DNA of 64,000 nucleotides from Psilocybe cubensis (taxonomy: Eukaryota): contig CM038998.1 of NCBI GenBank assembly GCA_017499595.2, positions 806,001-870,000 on the forward strand, read 5' to 3'. The notes beneath the pieces are model-generated. The model was not told where the DNA came from, did not search any database, and worked only from the letters and a program-made list of their open reading frames with translations. This document shows positions 39,144 through 51,925 of this stretch, piece by piece (the stretch's first letter is position 1; each line of letters opens with the position of its first letter). The position numbers and the translations under genes are program-made.

Positions 39144-39302
39144 TTCATCGAATACGGATAGGTGCGCGAATATGGGGTGAAGATGGTGTGGAATATCCCT
39201 TGGTATTCGAGCGTGAGAAGTTTATTATTGGAAATACGAGAAATAATGGAGAATATTTGTATAAGTAAAAGAACCGACTCTTGATATGTGATGTGCTTCT
39301 TA

Positions 39303-39648
39303 CACGCCGGACAAAAATGCTGACCAGTTAGCCTGGGTGTTGTCCTGACCAGTGACGCGACTAGTACCGTGACCAATTACATAGTGTCACACATATGTTG
39401 TCACGCTAATTCATTATTAGTAGGCTCAACAGTAAATAACATATGACTTGATTGTTTAATATTTCTTCTTACTCCGCACTGAGTTCCAACGCAAGACAAT
39501 CAAGTATTTTGCCATTTACTGTCGAGCCTACTAATAATGAATTAGCGTGACAACATATATGTGACACTATGTAATTGGTCACGGTACTAGTCACGTCACT
39601 GGTCAGGACAACACCCAGGCTAACTGGTCAGCATTTTTGTCCGGCGTG
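39303..39648. mobile_element. Near-palindromic MITE, CACTA/CMC-like
   Basis: CACGCCGG...CCGGCGTG ends, ~150-bp arms, 3-bp TSD TTA (39300-02, 39649-51). Confidence 0.9.
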
Positions 39649-40624
39649 TTACGAACAATGACTGAAATACGTCACGTTGAGTGCGTTTGAACAAAAAAGT
39701 AACCGCGATACTTCATTTTGAAGAGCGGATGTCAAGGTGTCAGGCTTTCCGCGTCACAAAGAACAAATAAGCGCCCATTGGATCTTCAGAACATTATCAG
39801 CGAGACAGTCAACAACTGTTCTTCTGGAAATTTAAGCGAAACTGTTATTTAGCTCCTGTTGAATAGTCTCAGGAGGGCATCATGAGCCGTTCCTTCATGA
39901 ACATAATGTTCTACAGAGTTGGCAAAAATCGGTTTAGTCTTCGGTAATTCGGCGTAATAGAAGCTCTAGGCTGCAAATCTGGAATACAACATATACATAA
40001 TTCATTTCAATCAAGATGCTTACGACCTAGGGATCGAGGTGCATTCCATCGAGCGGAGAATAATCGTTATTGAATCCGTTCTTTCCCTATATTTCTATAT
40101 GTTTCTACGCATTAGTCTCGTTTTGTCTATTTCTTTGGAGTTTAAGTGATCCCCACCGATGGTATTCAAGTGTATGCATCTAGACAGATCCACTATTGGT
40201 CGACTCTGGCCAAGTTACGCGCAGGCCATGTTGTGTGACTGAAGACCCACTAGATCTGAGTGGGAATTCCAGACGATTGAAGCGCACTGCCCATCGATTT
40301 CCAATCGGTGATGTATACTTGACTATTCACGTGTTTGTGCGCTCATTGAGCGGTACAACTGAGCGTACTATCCCTTTTGCATGGCGCTTGGCGTGCTTTC
40401 AATGAGTAGTGTGCTGCTGTGCAGGAGTGATATTATTAGCCGAAATTAATTGTTCTCGTACGCATCGATGCAACATCGATGAGCAGAAAACCGTGCACGA
40501 CCTATGAACTTGAGCAAAAGACTGTCAGGATGATATTAATAAAGGATATCCGAGTCAGATAAATAACTTGTACTTACCTTTACTACTCAATGGCAATTGC
40601 TACTAAAGCACATGTGTCTCTTGG

Positions 40625-41167
40625 CACGGCGGGCAAAAGTGCTGACTAGTCAGCCTGGGAGTTGGTCTGACCAGTCACCTGACCAGTGTGCTGACTAGTC
40701 ACCTGACTAGTCATGTAGCTGTCACGCATTTATTGTCACGCTGCTAAGTTTCTGTAATTCCGCTCATTGATTGTAGAACAGAGGATTTCTTTTCTATGCC
40801 CCAGACTTACACAGGGAGGGCGTCGTGTACCTTCTAAACAACGTCGGGTGACCGTGCAAAAGTACTCTGAAAGCGTGATTAGTTATCCATTTGTTTGAAT
40901 AATGACCGAATTTCAACCAAACACAAGAAATATCCAATTCCAAGTCATTCATTGCTTTTCCTCAGTGACAGTGCTTCGGAAGACAATGGTTTATTCCCAT
41001 TTAATCTTATGTTACTGAACTCATTTACCAATACTAACCAGCGTGACAACATTTGTGTGACCTCTCCTGACTGGTCAGTTGATTCGTCACGGAACGCGTC
41101 ACGATATGGTCACGTGACTGGACAGACCAACTCCCAGGCTGACTAGTCAGCACTTTTGCCCGCCGTG
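40625..41167. mobile_element. Related CACTA/CMC-like MITE
   Basis: CACGGCGGGCAAAAGTGCTGACTAGTCAGCCTGGGAGTTGGTCTG TIRs, 3-bp TSD TGG (40622-24, 41168-70), subterminal TGAC(C/T)AGT repeats. Confidence 0.9.
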
Positions 41168-41698
41168 TGGATGGGGCGTCAATAAGATCTATGGTCAGGT
41201 TGTGATCAGGTGATAATAATCAGGCACAAAGCAAACAGTGTGATGCGAACTTCTGGGAGACGCGCGTGCGCGCTCGGATGCAGTAAACGCTTAGGGGAAG
41301 AAAGGGGTTTCGTAGAGTTTTGTGCCTCAAGATTTATGACATTAAGCCGGAATCACACCAATGTATGTGGAGAAACGTTGTGTCCAACAGCCCTAGCCCG
41401 TGCGGCGTGGTCTAAGAAATACCAATAGTTATGTAACCTTCGAAGCTTACCGAGTGACCTGGAGGACAAAAAAGATGCGCGTCGAGACCCAAACCAGTAC
41501 ATCGAGCGGGTCTATCGATTTTTTCACCATACCGATTTAATGTGATGGACGAGTGCCTTGGACTTTAAAAACACTTGCTTGTCCAAAAGAAAATGAATCG
41601 AAGTTTGCAAAGATCTTCGTCCAGAAAAAGACGGCGTCTTGGCAGTGGTTCATGCATATGTGTAGCACCAATGATTTCTGATCTATGAACTGTGTCGA

Positions 41699-41714
41699 GA
41701 TTATTATCATGGAG
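41699..41714 (+). promoter_or_regulatory. Upstream motif shared by both paralogs (copy 2)
   Basis: GATTATTATCATGGAG, with TATAAAAG ~40 bp downstream. Confidence 0.5.
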
Positions 41715-41850
41715 TAACCCGAAACTTACGTTCTGGTTCGACCTCGGAAGTGTATAAAAGAAAGGCTGTTTCATTGTGTTTCTTTAGCACCCCGAGTCAG
41801 GTAGCTTATAACACTCGCTCACCAGTCGCTAAATCACGATTCACGACATA

Positions 41851-42289
41851 ATGAAGTTTACGATCGCTGCTCTCGCTGTCGCTCTCAGCGTTGTCGCTCC
41901 TGTCTTCGCTCTTCCTGAGCCTATCCCAGCATCCCCCGAGCCCACAGTCTACAGCGGCCCTGCTGACGATGTTGTCCTCGACAAGCGAGCCAACAGCGCC
42001 ACCGTTAAGGTCGACGGACTTAGATACCGCAGATGCCCAAGGACCTCTTGCGATGCAGTTGGACAATATGCTAAGGGCACCAAAATCTCCATCACTTGCT
42101 ATACCCGCCAGAACACCACTGTCGTCAATGGCGATGCGTAAGTTTTTCTATGCAGTGATAAACCATGTTCGTAATTTGTTGATGACCTTGATGTCTAGTG
42201 GTTGGGGGAAATTGACCAACGGATACTGGGTTGCCCTTGCGAATGGACAATACGTTAGCTGGACTGGAGCTATTCCATACTGCTCTTAA
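41851..42289 (+). CDS. Small secreted pre-pro-protein with SH3b-like mature domain, paralog 2
   Basis: Signal peptide, Kex2-type LDKR site, intron 42138-42198 at the same position as in paralog 1, mature TVKVDGLRYRRCPRTSC...WGKLTNGYWVALANGQYVSWTGAIPYCS. Confidence 0.88.
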
Positions 42290-42840
42290 GCAGCTAAGGT
42301 GATACATCTGTCATGGAGGATTGACGGGTCGACGTTGTAGTGCAAGGAGAAAAAGATCATTTGGAAGGAAATTTCAAAGGAGAAATGCATGTGTAACCAG
42401 ATACTGACGTTATGGGAAATTGTATGATCACAAACGAAATCGATGTCAAAATTTTTCATACCTTTAAGACTGTTCTGTGTTATTGATCCCTCATCTTGTC
42501 CTGCGTTGTCCAATTCGGCTGAAACGGAATGTGAGTGCAGCTAGCCGCGAGGTAGTAGAATAAAATTGGAATCGAAATTTCAAGGGATTTTAACGGAGAT
42601 TTACACAGGACCTCCCGGAAGATTCTGCAAATATTTTGAGAGTACATGAAGGTTGTACGATGTTGTTTGGGGTGTACCAAAGTTAGAAGCAAAAATTGGT
42701 CAAACCCCGTGCCAAGCCACAGACGGCAAACACCGAAATAGATCAATAACCAAATTTGGATGCACCTCTTTTTTGGCCGAGCCTGCTTTTCTCAGACTTG
42801 CTCTCCACTCAGAGCATCTAATACCCATTACTAGCCCACT

Positions 42841-45800
42841 ATGAGCTCTTCGAAGCGTTCAGGACGCCCATCTCTTAAAAAGACCAACCCAAAATTCCAA
42901 AAGGGTAAATCACGGTCAGAAGCCAATGTTGCAGGCTACGAAAAGCGGATGGCCCGCAAAGGAAAATCCGCGACCTCCACATTGGACTTGTACGAACACA
43001 TTCAACAGAAAGAGAGACGGTCGAAAGTCGGGCTGGATGTCGACAGAAACGAGCAATATGAGAATGCGGGGATCGATGATATTGATGAGGATGAGCGGGA
43101 GCAGCTGAGAGCGAGGCTTATTGGAGAGAACCAGGACGACGAAGAGATTGCGAGCGACGATGACGAGGAGATTGACAGTGATGCTGCTTTTGAGGAGAGT
43201 GACGAGGAACGATTTGCGGGATTTTTCTCGTCCAAGGTCTGCCCATGTTCATTCTATTTGCGGTCTGACACATTTTTGACCATTTGGGTGTAGAAGTCGA
43301 AATCAAAAGCAGCCAAGAAAGCGAAAGCTAAGCCGGCGGTACGATTTGCTGAGGTTGACCTTGATGAAGACGAAGATATCGAATCAGGCAACGAGCAGGC
43401 CGAAGTGGACGAAGATAGCGATGAGGAAGAGGAGGAAGAGGAAGGAGACGACGACGAATTTATCGACCTCTTGGACGTGCTAGACGGCAAAGGCGAGATT
43501 GATATGGGAAGTGACGACGAAAAGGCGGCCCCGCGAAAAGCATCTCCGAAGCCTCAGGAAGAAAGCGACGAAGAAGCAGTCGAACAGAGTGGCGAGGACT
43601 CAGAGGAGGATTCAGAAGAAGAGGTTTCCGAAGATGAAAAAATAGAGATTGAACCTTCAGACGAGGAAGATGCTCCAGAGGCATTAGACAAGCTCAACGA
43701 CTTCGTCTCCCAACTCGACGTCACCGCCAAAAAACGCAAAGCTCCGGAAGAGGATGCTTCTGCTGCTGGAGCATCTGAAGTTCGTGCCAGAAAACGCCGC
43801 CAGACGAAGGAGAAAACAGAAGCCGGAGAAGAAAACGAGTTTAGAGCTGTGTCTACAAGTCAGTTTATTCATCTCGCCGTTATTTTGATCAGAGTGTTGA
43901 AAGTAAAGTAGGTTCGAAACTCAACCTTGAGGATCTCCTTGCGCCTCTCGGGGATCAATCTTCAACATTGCAATCACTGAAAAAGTCGACAAAAATCCTG
44001 GGCCCTTCGTCATCCTCAAAAGCAAAGACTCTGTCTGCACCATTGCCCCAAAGAATTCAGGAACGTCTAGACCGACAAGCCGCTTATGAGCAAACAAAAG
44101 AAGAGGTGGACAAATGGTCAGCGACCATGAAACGTATCCGCGAAGTTCGTCCCATTCTCGATTAGCATCTGAAAGGGCGCTGACCACCATTATCAGGCGG
44201 AGCACTTGAGTTTTCCTTTGCAAGCTCAGTCCACGGGAAAACCTTCAAACTTGGAATTGAATGCTAAATTCAAGGTAAAATTACACTGATACAATCGATT
44301 TCTTCTACTAACATAGTCATTCTCTAGCCAACCACAGAAATGGAAAGCGCAGTCGATGCTCTTCTTAGATCTGCGAACATGCGTGAAGAAGAGATCCAGC
44401 ACACGGAGGACAACATGCTCAAAATGAACAAACTCTCCGTAGAGGAGGTTGCCCAGCGGCGGGCGGAGCTGCGTAAGATGCGCGAGTTGATGTTCCGCGC
44501 CGAGATCAAGGCACGGCGAGTGGGCAAGATCAAAAGCAAAACGTACAGGCGTTTGCGACGGAAAGAAAAGGAGAGGCTTGGAGAGAAAATTGACGAGCAG
44601 GAAAGCGATGATGAGGCAGCAAAGATAAAACAGGATTTGGATCGGGCGAGGGAAAGGGCAACCTTGAGGCATAAGCATACGGGCAAATGGGCCAGGCAGA
44701 TGAGGGGTAAAGAGGGGCTGGATGAGGACAGTAGGAGGGATATTGAGGAGATGTTGGCACGGGGTGAAAAACTGCGCAGGAGGATCAAAGGTGTTGGTAG
44801 TGATGAGGAGGAAGACGGGGAGAGTGACGACGACAGCGACGATGATGACGGCATGGACATCGACGGAGACATCGAAAAGATTAAGCAGAATGCCTTTGAC
44901 GAGCTGCGTCAACTGGATACAGGGGACAAGGTCGAGGAAAGTGAGAAGCGGAAGGGAAAGAGTATATTTGAGATGAAGTTTATGAAGGACGCAATGGCCC
45001 ACCAGGCTCATGCAGCGAACCGAGAGGTCGACGACTTTATCAAAGAGATGGGTGGCAATCCAGAAGGTGGCGCAGGTAGCGAGGATGATAAGGAGGAAAT
45101 GGAAGACGTGGATCCATCCAATGGCGTTGTTGCTCATCGGGTGGGAAATAGGATTGTGTATCGTCCTGCTACAACAGTGCGTGCAAATCTCATTTTATCA
45201 TTACAATTTGCATTCAATTTATGACATCAGGCAAACCAGCAATCAAGTAATCGTCCATTGACTTCTCTGGCTTCCGATACATCAAGTGTAACACTAAAAT
45301 CCACGGATCTCCTTTCGCCACCTCCACAATCTCCTGTACACACCACTCGCTCAGAATTGTCAAAACCGCCAGCTCAAGAATCCAACCCATGGCTCAATCA
45401 CAACAGCGAAGGTTCACGAAAAATGGCGAAGAGGTCAAACGAGGTCGTTGTCTCCAAGGATAGCAAGGCGGTCGACAAGTCCAAGAACAAACTCAAGAAG
45501 GCGATTCAAAAGAGGGCGGACGATAAAGAAAAGGCGGCGGATGATGCTACCGTTGAGATCTCGCTTGATGCTGTGATGACTACCTCATCAGTGTCAGCCT
45601 CAGCCTCAACTTCGGCCGCTGCTGCGTCAGGATCTAAGGTAACGGCTGCGGGTCAAAAAGCGGCGCCTACTACTGGAAAGAACCCCGTTGGCCAGCCTGC
45701 TGGAGACTCGGAGGATTCGGATGTCGATCTCGAGATTGAAGCTCAGGAGCAAGCCCTTGCATTGAAAGGCAAGGCCAAGGAAAACGCTAACGGTATCAAG

Positions 45801-46381
45801 GCATTTGAGAAGAGAGATTTGGTTGCGCTTGCTTTTGCGGGAGACAATGTTGTACAAACGTTTGAGGACGCAAAGAAGCGAGAAATTGCGGCAGATGCGC
45901 CTCGGGAGGTTGATACTACCATTCCAGGCTGGGTAAGTTCTCTACGCTTGATTGCGAAATTTATATGCTAACCTATTCAATAAATATCAGGGTTCATGGG
46001 GTGGCGAGGGCACAAAGAAAGCACCCCCAAAACCACAACGCATCAAGAAAATCGCAGGCATTGACCCAAAGACGCGTGCGGATTACAACAAAAAGAACGT
46101 CATCATCTCGGAGAAGCGGGATAAGAAGGTCAGCAAGTACCTTGTCAAGGATCTTCCGTACCCGTATACCAGCAAAGCGCAGTTTGAGAAGGCGATGGAG
46201 CGCCCGCTTGGTGCAGAGTGGAATACTAGGGTGGCATTCCAGAGAGGAACGTTGCCGAAGGTCGTCAAGAAGGCACGTTTGATCCGTTTTGTTTGGAGAG
46301 TGTGTTAACTTACAATTTGCTATTTTCTGCGTTCCTTAGCCCGGTATCCTCATCGACCCACTAGAAAAGCTGCATTCATAG
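42841..46381 (+). CDS. UTP14: U3 snoRNA-associated protein 14 (SSU processome), multi-exon
   Basis: DEEIDSDAAF, PLPQRIQERLDRQAAYE, KIKSKTYRR, ERATLRHKHTGKWA, LAFAGDNV, PGWGSWGG, LPYPY..KAQFE..PLGAEWNT. Confidence 0.95.
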
Positions 46382-46530
46382 ATTTATTTACTCTTGATCT
46401 TTTTTTGTCTTCGCAACTTGGCTGCTTTTCACAGCGTCAGAACACCTCCATCTACCTTTTTTTACCCGAGCGAAGGCGAATAATTATTACACAACTACTA
46501 ATTCAGATTTCGAGAAGATAAGAGGTAACA

Positions 46531-48309
46531 TTAACCATCATGCGTTATATCGAATACGGGCTCTTCGGGCGGTCTTTGGACTTCTGCGCTGTCTTCTGGG
46601 ATGCTGCTACTCAGGGTCTGGGGTGCAGTTTTCTCCCTCAAGGCTACATGTGGTAGTCTTGGTGACGTCGGCTCAGGTGCATGGTTCTGCCATGAACGCT
46701 ACTCAATTAGGGGGTTTGGATTTCAGCCTGCCTTCGCACGCTGTGGAGGGTAGGAGCATAGGAGTACGCACTGTTACGGGAGATATCTCGGGGCGGAAAG
46801 TGCTTGTCCGGATGAATTCGTCTTGCGTGGGTATCTGGGCTAGTGCTGGTCGTGCATTGAGACTGTAAATTTGGTGTCAGTGGGCATTTTGCGTTATTTT
46901 TGGGAAAGCGTGTCATTCGCTGGGTACAACTTACGAAGCTAGAAAGGAGTTTGAAAACACTGCCGAAAGATGTTAGTTTGATCATTGGCTGGGTGCCAGG
47001 ATAAGAATACAAGTAGAGAGGGACATACGGCGCGCGAGGATGGAGAATATGCCGAGCCAGATGACTTTGGTAATGAAGTTAGAATGTGTTCAAAACTAAT
47101 GAAATGTATGAGGGCGGGAACCAAAACCCACAATTATCCTTCATCATAAGAAACTGTCTCGAAAAGTCCAATTAAAGTAAGTGTCTCGCTAGTCGTGTAC
47201 AAGTAATATCCATACGTACGCATATCAGCAGAGATACTGCCCCAACACTCAATTGCATATGTAAGTATTGCTTTAGGGGTAACATTGGGAAGACAAAGAC
47301 CTACCTCGTCAACAGCCCAGTTTCTTAAGCAGGACAAAAATTGCAAAATGTGTTAATCTCAATATGAAGAGAGAGGCGACATGGCGTATCATACACTCAC
47401 CAATGGACCAGATCATGAGTCTATCCACCAACCGCGACGTCCTACATCCTAACATTCAATTCCCAAAGACCGCTCCCTCCGCTTCACAAAGACAAGAAAT
47501 AGAAAAGGCCTCACCTCTTGAACCCCGACCCGCGCCACTTGCGCAAGTACCAACATAGTCCCGCGGCAAGAATGACGTCCGTCCCCGCACCGACGACGAG
47601 AATGGCTGTGAGTAGCCACGACCAGTGTGCGAAGTACATTTCGACAGTAAGTCGGTGTAGGGCAACGATGGAGATGCCGACACTGCCGATCCAGCGTAAT
47701 AGGGCGAGGGAGGTGCAGAAGAGTGGAAGGGGCAGAGAGCGGGAAAATTTGTACAGGCGGTGGGCAAACCAGCACTGTCAGATTAATGATCGGGTGGTTT
47801 GGGCGTGTATGTTTTGGAAGTTTGAGAGGGTGCTTACTTGTTCGATGGGCCCAATAAAGCCGCTGAAGAGTACAGCTACGTTGAGAGATTCTGGCGGGAT
47901 GTCGAGCAGCTCAGGATGCCCGTATTGCGATACTGTGATTTCATAGAGAGCTTGACATATGCAAATGGTATGTGCGAGTTCAAGTAGCCTGTGTTGAAGA
48001 CGGCAGGTAAGAGGACAATTGCTTGTTGAAGAGATAAAAGGCGCGATAATACCAGACTACGGGTACCTAATCATCAAAAATAGTCGTTTGAGTATTTGAT
48101 ATAAAAGATTTTCTTGACCGTACTAGTGCTTTGAGAAATGCAGGGTCCTTAGGAAAGCGATGGATGTATATGTAGCATTGTACAGTGACCAGACCGAACA
48201 GAAAAGTTGAGACTAGGACTCCGATTTCAATTGCGCCTATAGTTAGATTGGCGTTGAACCGATTTCTTGGTGGCCACCCTTCTCCTGTACTGTTCAGCGG
48301 TAGTGGCAT
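46531..48309 (-). CDS. DUF6534-type multi-pass membrane protein, multi-exon (3' end approximate)
   Basis: TIGAIEIGVLVSTFLFGLVTVQCYIYIHRFPKDPAFLKALV start typical of the family; later hydrophobic exons. Confidence 0.7.
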
Positions 48310-49376
48310 GAGAGCAAGCAAACGGGGAGTTATTTGCAGGGCATGAACATCAGACTTATACGTCGAAAGGAGGGGTTCCACGATAGGGCTTCTTTCTTGC
48401 ATTTCCGGTTCCGGCTCTCTAGCGATTTGTGTGTTTAAGGACGTACATTGTGGGCAGATGAGAAAAGTGGGAAGTTTATTGAAACTTTAGGCATGTTGAA
48501 AAATATCAGAATGAATAGTAGAATGTTGAGTGTATTTTCGGATTGGAGGTCACCCGAGCTCCCACTGGTGCCAAAGGAATTAGACCACGCGACTAGCGTA
48601 GTCAACCTCTGCATGGTGCGGCAATTCCATGGTTTTCGGTTGCAAAAAAAAGCTTCGCTGTGGACAGAAAGTGTGAGAATCGGGAATCTCAGGTGGATGC
48701 ACTTGCGGGAGCGAAATAATTCAATTGATCGACTTTAAGTGACGCAAGCACTTTAATTATCGCAAATAAACGCAGCGAAGGCTGCTTCCGGATACAATGA
48801 TACTTGAAACTGGGCAATGGACTGTGCAACTGTGATGATCAGGCGAAGGATTGGATGTGCTGTGCTGTAAAAAGGTTAAGTGTTAGCCGATGAAAGCTTG
48901 CAATAAACGCTTCTTCCTTCCTACCAGGCCTCTCAGATACAGCATATTGATGGAGTGGGATCTGGATGGTTAGGACACGGTTACAATGAGAACGCAGGAT
49001 AGACCTCTGTTGGTAGTCTTTGCAGAACGGATGGTAAACCTGAAGTGAAGCAAAGCATTACGACTCATGTGGGTTCTTTAAATCATGAACTTGACAAGAC
49101 TTGACATTGCCCACAGATATACGGCATAGAGGTATACTTAGAACGATGATACGAATCACAGGCGGTGTTGAAGGGAAGATTGAAAGGGGATTGAGTTGAA
49201 TTTGTGGGAAAGCGCACTATTTGTTCGTGATTGAAATGAACGATTTTCAACCAAACATTTGCTGGCACCGCACTTATTTCTAACCACAACCTTCTCCTCC
49301 CTCTTCCCCCGACTCTCCTCTTTTTCATTTTTCTTTCCCCCTCATCGACATCGGCAGCAAAGAGCATCGTTCAATC

Positions 49377-51139
49377 ATGGATGACGGTACGTCTTCAACA
49401 TCAGCCTCAGTCCACGACTACGACGGGCCTCCACATCTGCGTCTGTCACTACATTTGCGCTTTTTGCCCAAGTCTTAATCATCCTCATTTCCCGACGATG
49501 AACTCGACTTTCGAACCAGTAATAATACCAGTCCGAGCCGACTTTCGTCGAAATTCAGTTGCATTCAGTGTTCAATATTCACCCACGTTTACACCTCTTC
49601 TCTCTACTACCTCTACCTACTTCACATGGACTCCCATTTCCATTCTTTCAGTTGTATGGTTGGCTGAAGGCCGATCCTTTCTGGACAATGTTACAAGAAA
49701 GAGAATGGGTCAACAGGTGCACAATTTGTGCGCCTGATGTAGCCATTCTTCAATTTTCGCTCTCTGCCACGCTTGTGGTAGCATGAATGGAAAACAAGAG
49801 AGAGCATCGACCGCACATCCAGCGGTCCGTTCTCTTTACCAATGACCAGCAGTCTATAGAATCCCTACATCTGCACGCAAAAGCTTCGCTCTTTCGCTTC
49901 AGTTTCGGTTTTCGATTACGATTTGCGTCGGTCCTGTCGTCTTTCCTATCTGCAATCCTCTGCTCTATTCAAATTCGCCTCTAACCACGACCTGACCTCT
50001 TACCTTCCTCCTTCCCTTCTCCCACATCCAGCCTGGCAATCTCAAGACATCGCTCCTGCAAGCAGCGGCATCAGCATTCCGACCGACAGCAACAGCAATG
50101 CTATGAACACGGACGACCAGAACTGGGGATCCAACAACAACGGCAACAACGGCTCCGGACGCTCGCCCGCACGGGACGGCGGCCGTGAAGGAAGAAATGG
50201 CGACGCCCCGCGCCGCTCGAGCAGGAGCAGGAGCCCCGGAGCCACCCGTGGCGGGGATGACAGAGGGTGCGTACACTATTCCTGGACTCTGGGTTCTATC
50301 TTGGCTGTTCATGCCCATGCTTTGCTATGCATATTTTTGTTCGTCGCCCTCGCTCGTGCTGCTGCCCATGTGCATCCACCTGTTGCTGCGGTTGAATGTT
50401 GCGCTTGTGGAAAAATGAAACGATATATTCAGTCGTAATGAAAGCAGTTCGAACCCTGGAAACAACTTGCACGTCTCTGGGTTGAGCCACAAAGTGGACA
50501 CCCGGGACTTGGAAGCGGCATTTGCTAAAATTGGCAGGGTGAGTTTATCTCGTTTGCGTTTTGTTGATGTATCAGATGGTTGACTGTTCTTTTTTTCTTT
50601 CTTTCTTAGGTCAAGAAGGCTTCGGTGATGTATGATCCACACACACGGGAGTCGCGTGGGTTTGGATTTGTGACGATGGAGAGTGCAGAGGAAGCCGAGG
50701 CTGCTGTGGCTGCTCTTAACGCTACTGAGCTCATGGGCAAGATTATCAATGTCGAAAAGGTCAGAACAACATCTAAACTATGTTCTTCTCGCTCTCTTAT
50801 CATCCCTATTTTTTTATAGGCACGCCGTGGACGAGCCAGGACACCCACTCCTGGAAGGTACTATGGCCCTCCCAAGCGCAGTGACTGTAATTTTTTTTTT
50901 CCATTTCTGTTGAACTTGCGTGTCTCATTCGTATTGTTCTCTCAGTTGAACGTCCCTACGACCCCAGACCGTACGACAGCCGATACTCCCGCGACTACGA
51001 TGATCGTCGCGGCGGACGCGGAGGGGGCCGCGACGACTACCGTGGTGGAAGGGACTACGATAGGCATAGATACGATGACCGTGATCGTGACCGCGACCGT
51101 GGCTACGGCCGAGACAGGTACGACGATAGGAGACACTAA
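49377..51139 (+). CDS. Transformer-2/SR45a-like RRM splicing factor
   Basis: RS segment, NPGNNLHVSGLS, RNP1 SRGFGFV, ARRGRARTPTPGRYYG, RD-rich tail. A 10-nt first exon ATGGATGACG|GTACGT splices in frame to 50032; alternative start at 50103. Confidence 0.85.
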
Positions 51140-51925
51140 AGCGTTTCTTTTCTTTTTTCCTTTTTCTTTTCAAGTTCGGTTTTCTTTTATCCGGCTGCTG
51201 TGCCTGTGTTCGAGTTATTGCTTTATGGAGTCGACATTCGGAAACTCACGAAAAGAAGGAAAAAAGGGTTGATTCTGGCCACCTTCCCCCACTCTCTAAA
51301 AATCAAATATATATGCTGGAGCCACGAAAGACACTTTTGGTTGAAAGGAAAACGGATTGGAGAAAAAAGATCAAAAGATATAAAGAAGTGCTTGAACAAA
51401 ATACACCCTCTCTCGATCTCTTCTCGTTTTGCTCTCCTTGAAATTAAAGGACATCTTGATTTTTCTCTTTCTTCCTACTTAGTTTCGTTAGTTGGTCTGA
51501 ATGATATTTTATTTATTTAACGCTTTTTCAACCACTTCACAACATGGTTCTAGTTGAGAAAGGAAGTCATAGCAGATTGACTAGAGTGTACTCATCCGAT
51601 GTTCTTTGCCCATCTACTTTGAGATTCGCGGTGACCCAGTTTCTACCTTAGTAGCTATCCGTCTACCTGGAAATAATCTTCTACTGGAGACTTTGGTGAA
51701 CTGATTAGAACCGCTGATACTTTTATGAGGTTTTACTGAATCGGTATCTTCCGCGCTAGAGTTACAATATGGTATCTGCGTAACGTTCCACATGAGTCCA
51801 TCGTTCTCTTCGCCTCATCACCATGCGCACAAGGCATAGCATATGCTTTATCAGATGATATGATACAGAAGCACTACAAAAGACGCCACCGCAGCGTCTA
51901 ATACCTTGGAGACTTTCAATCATAA

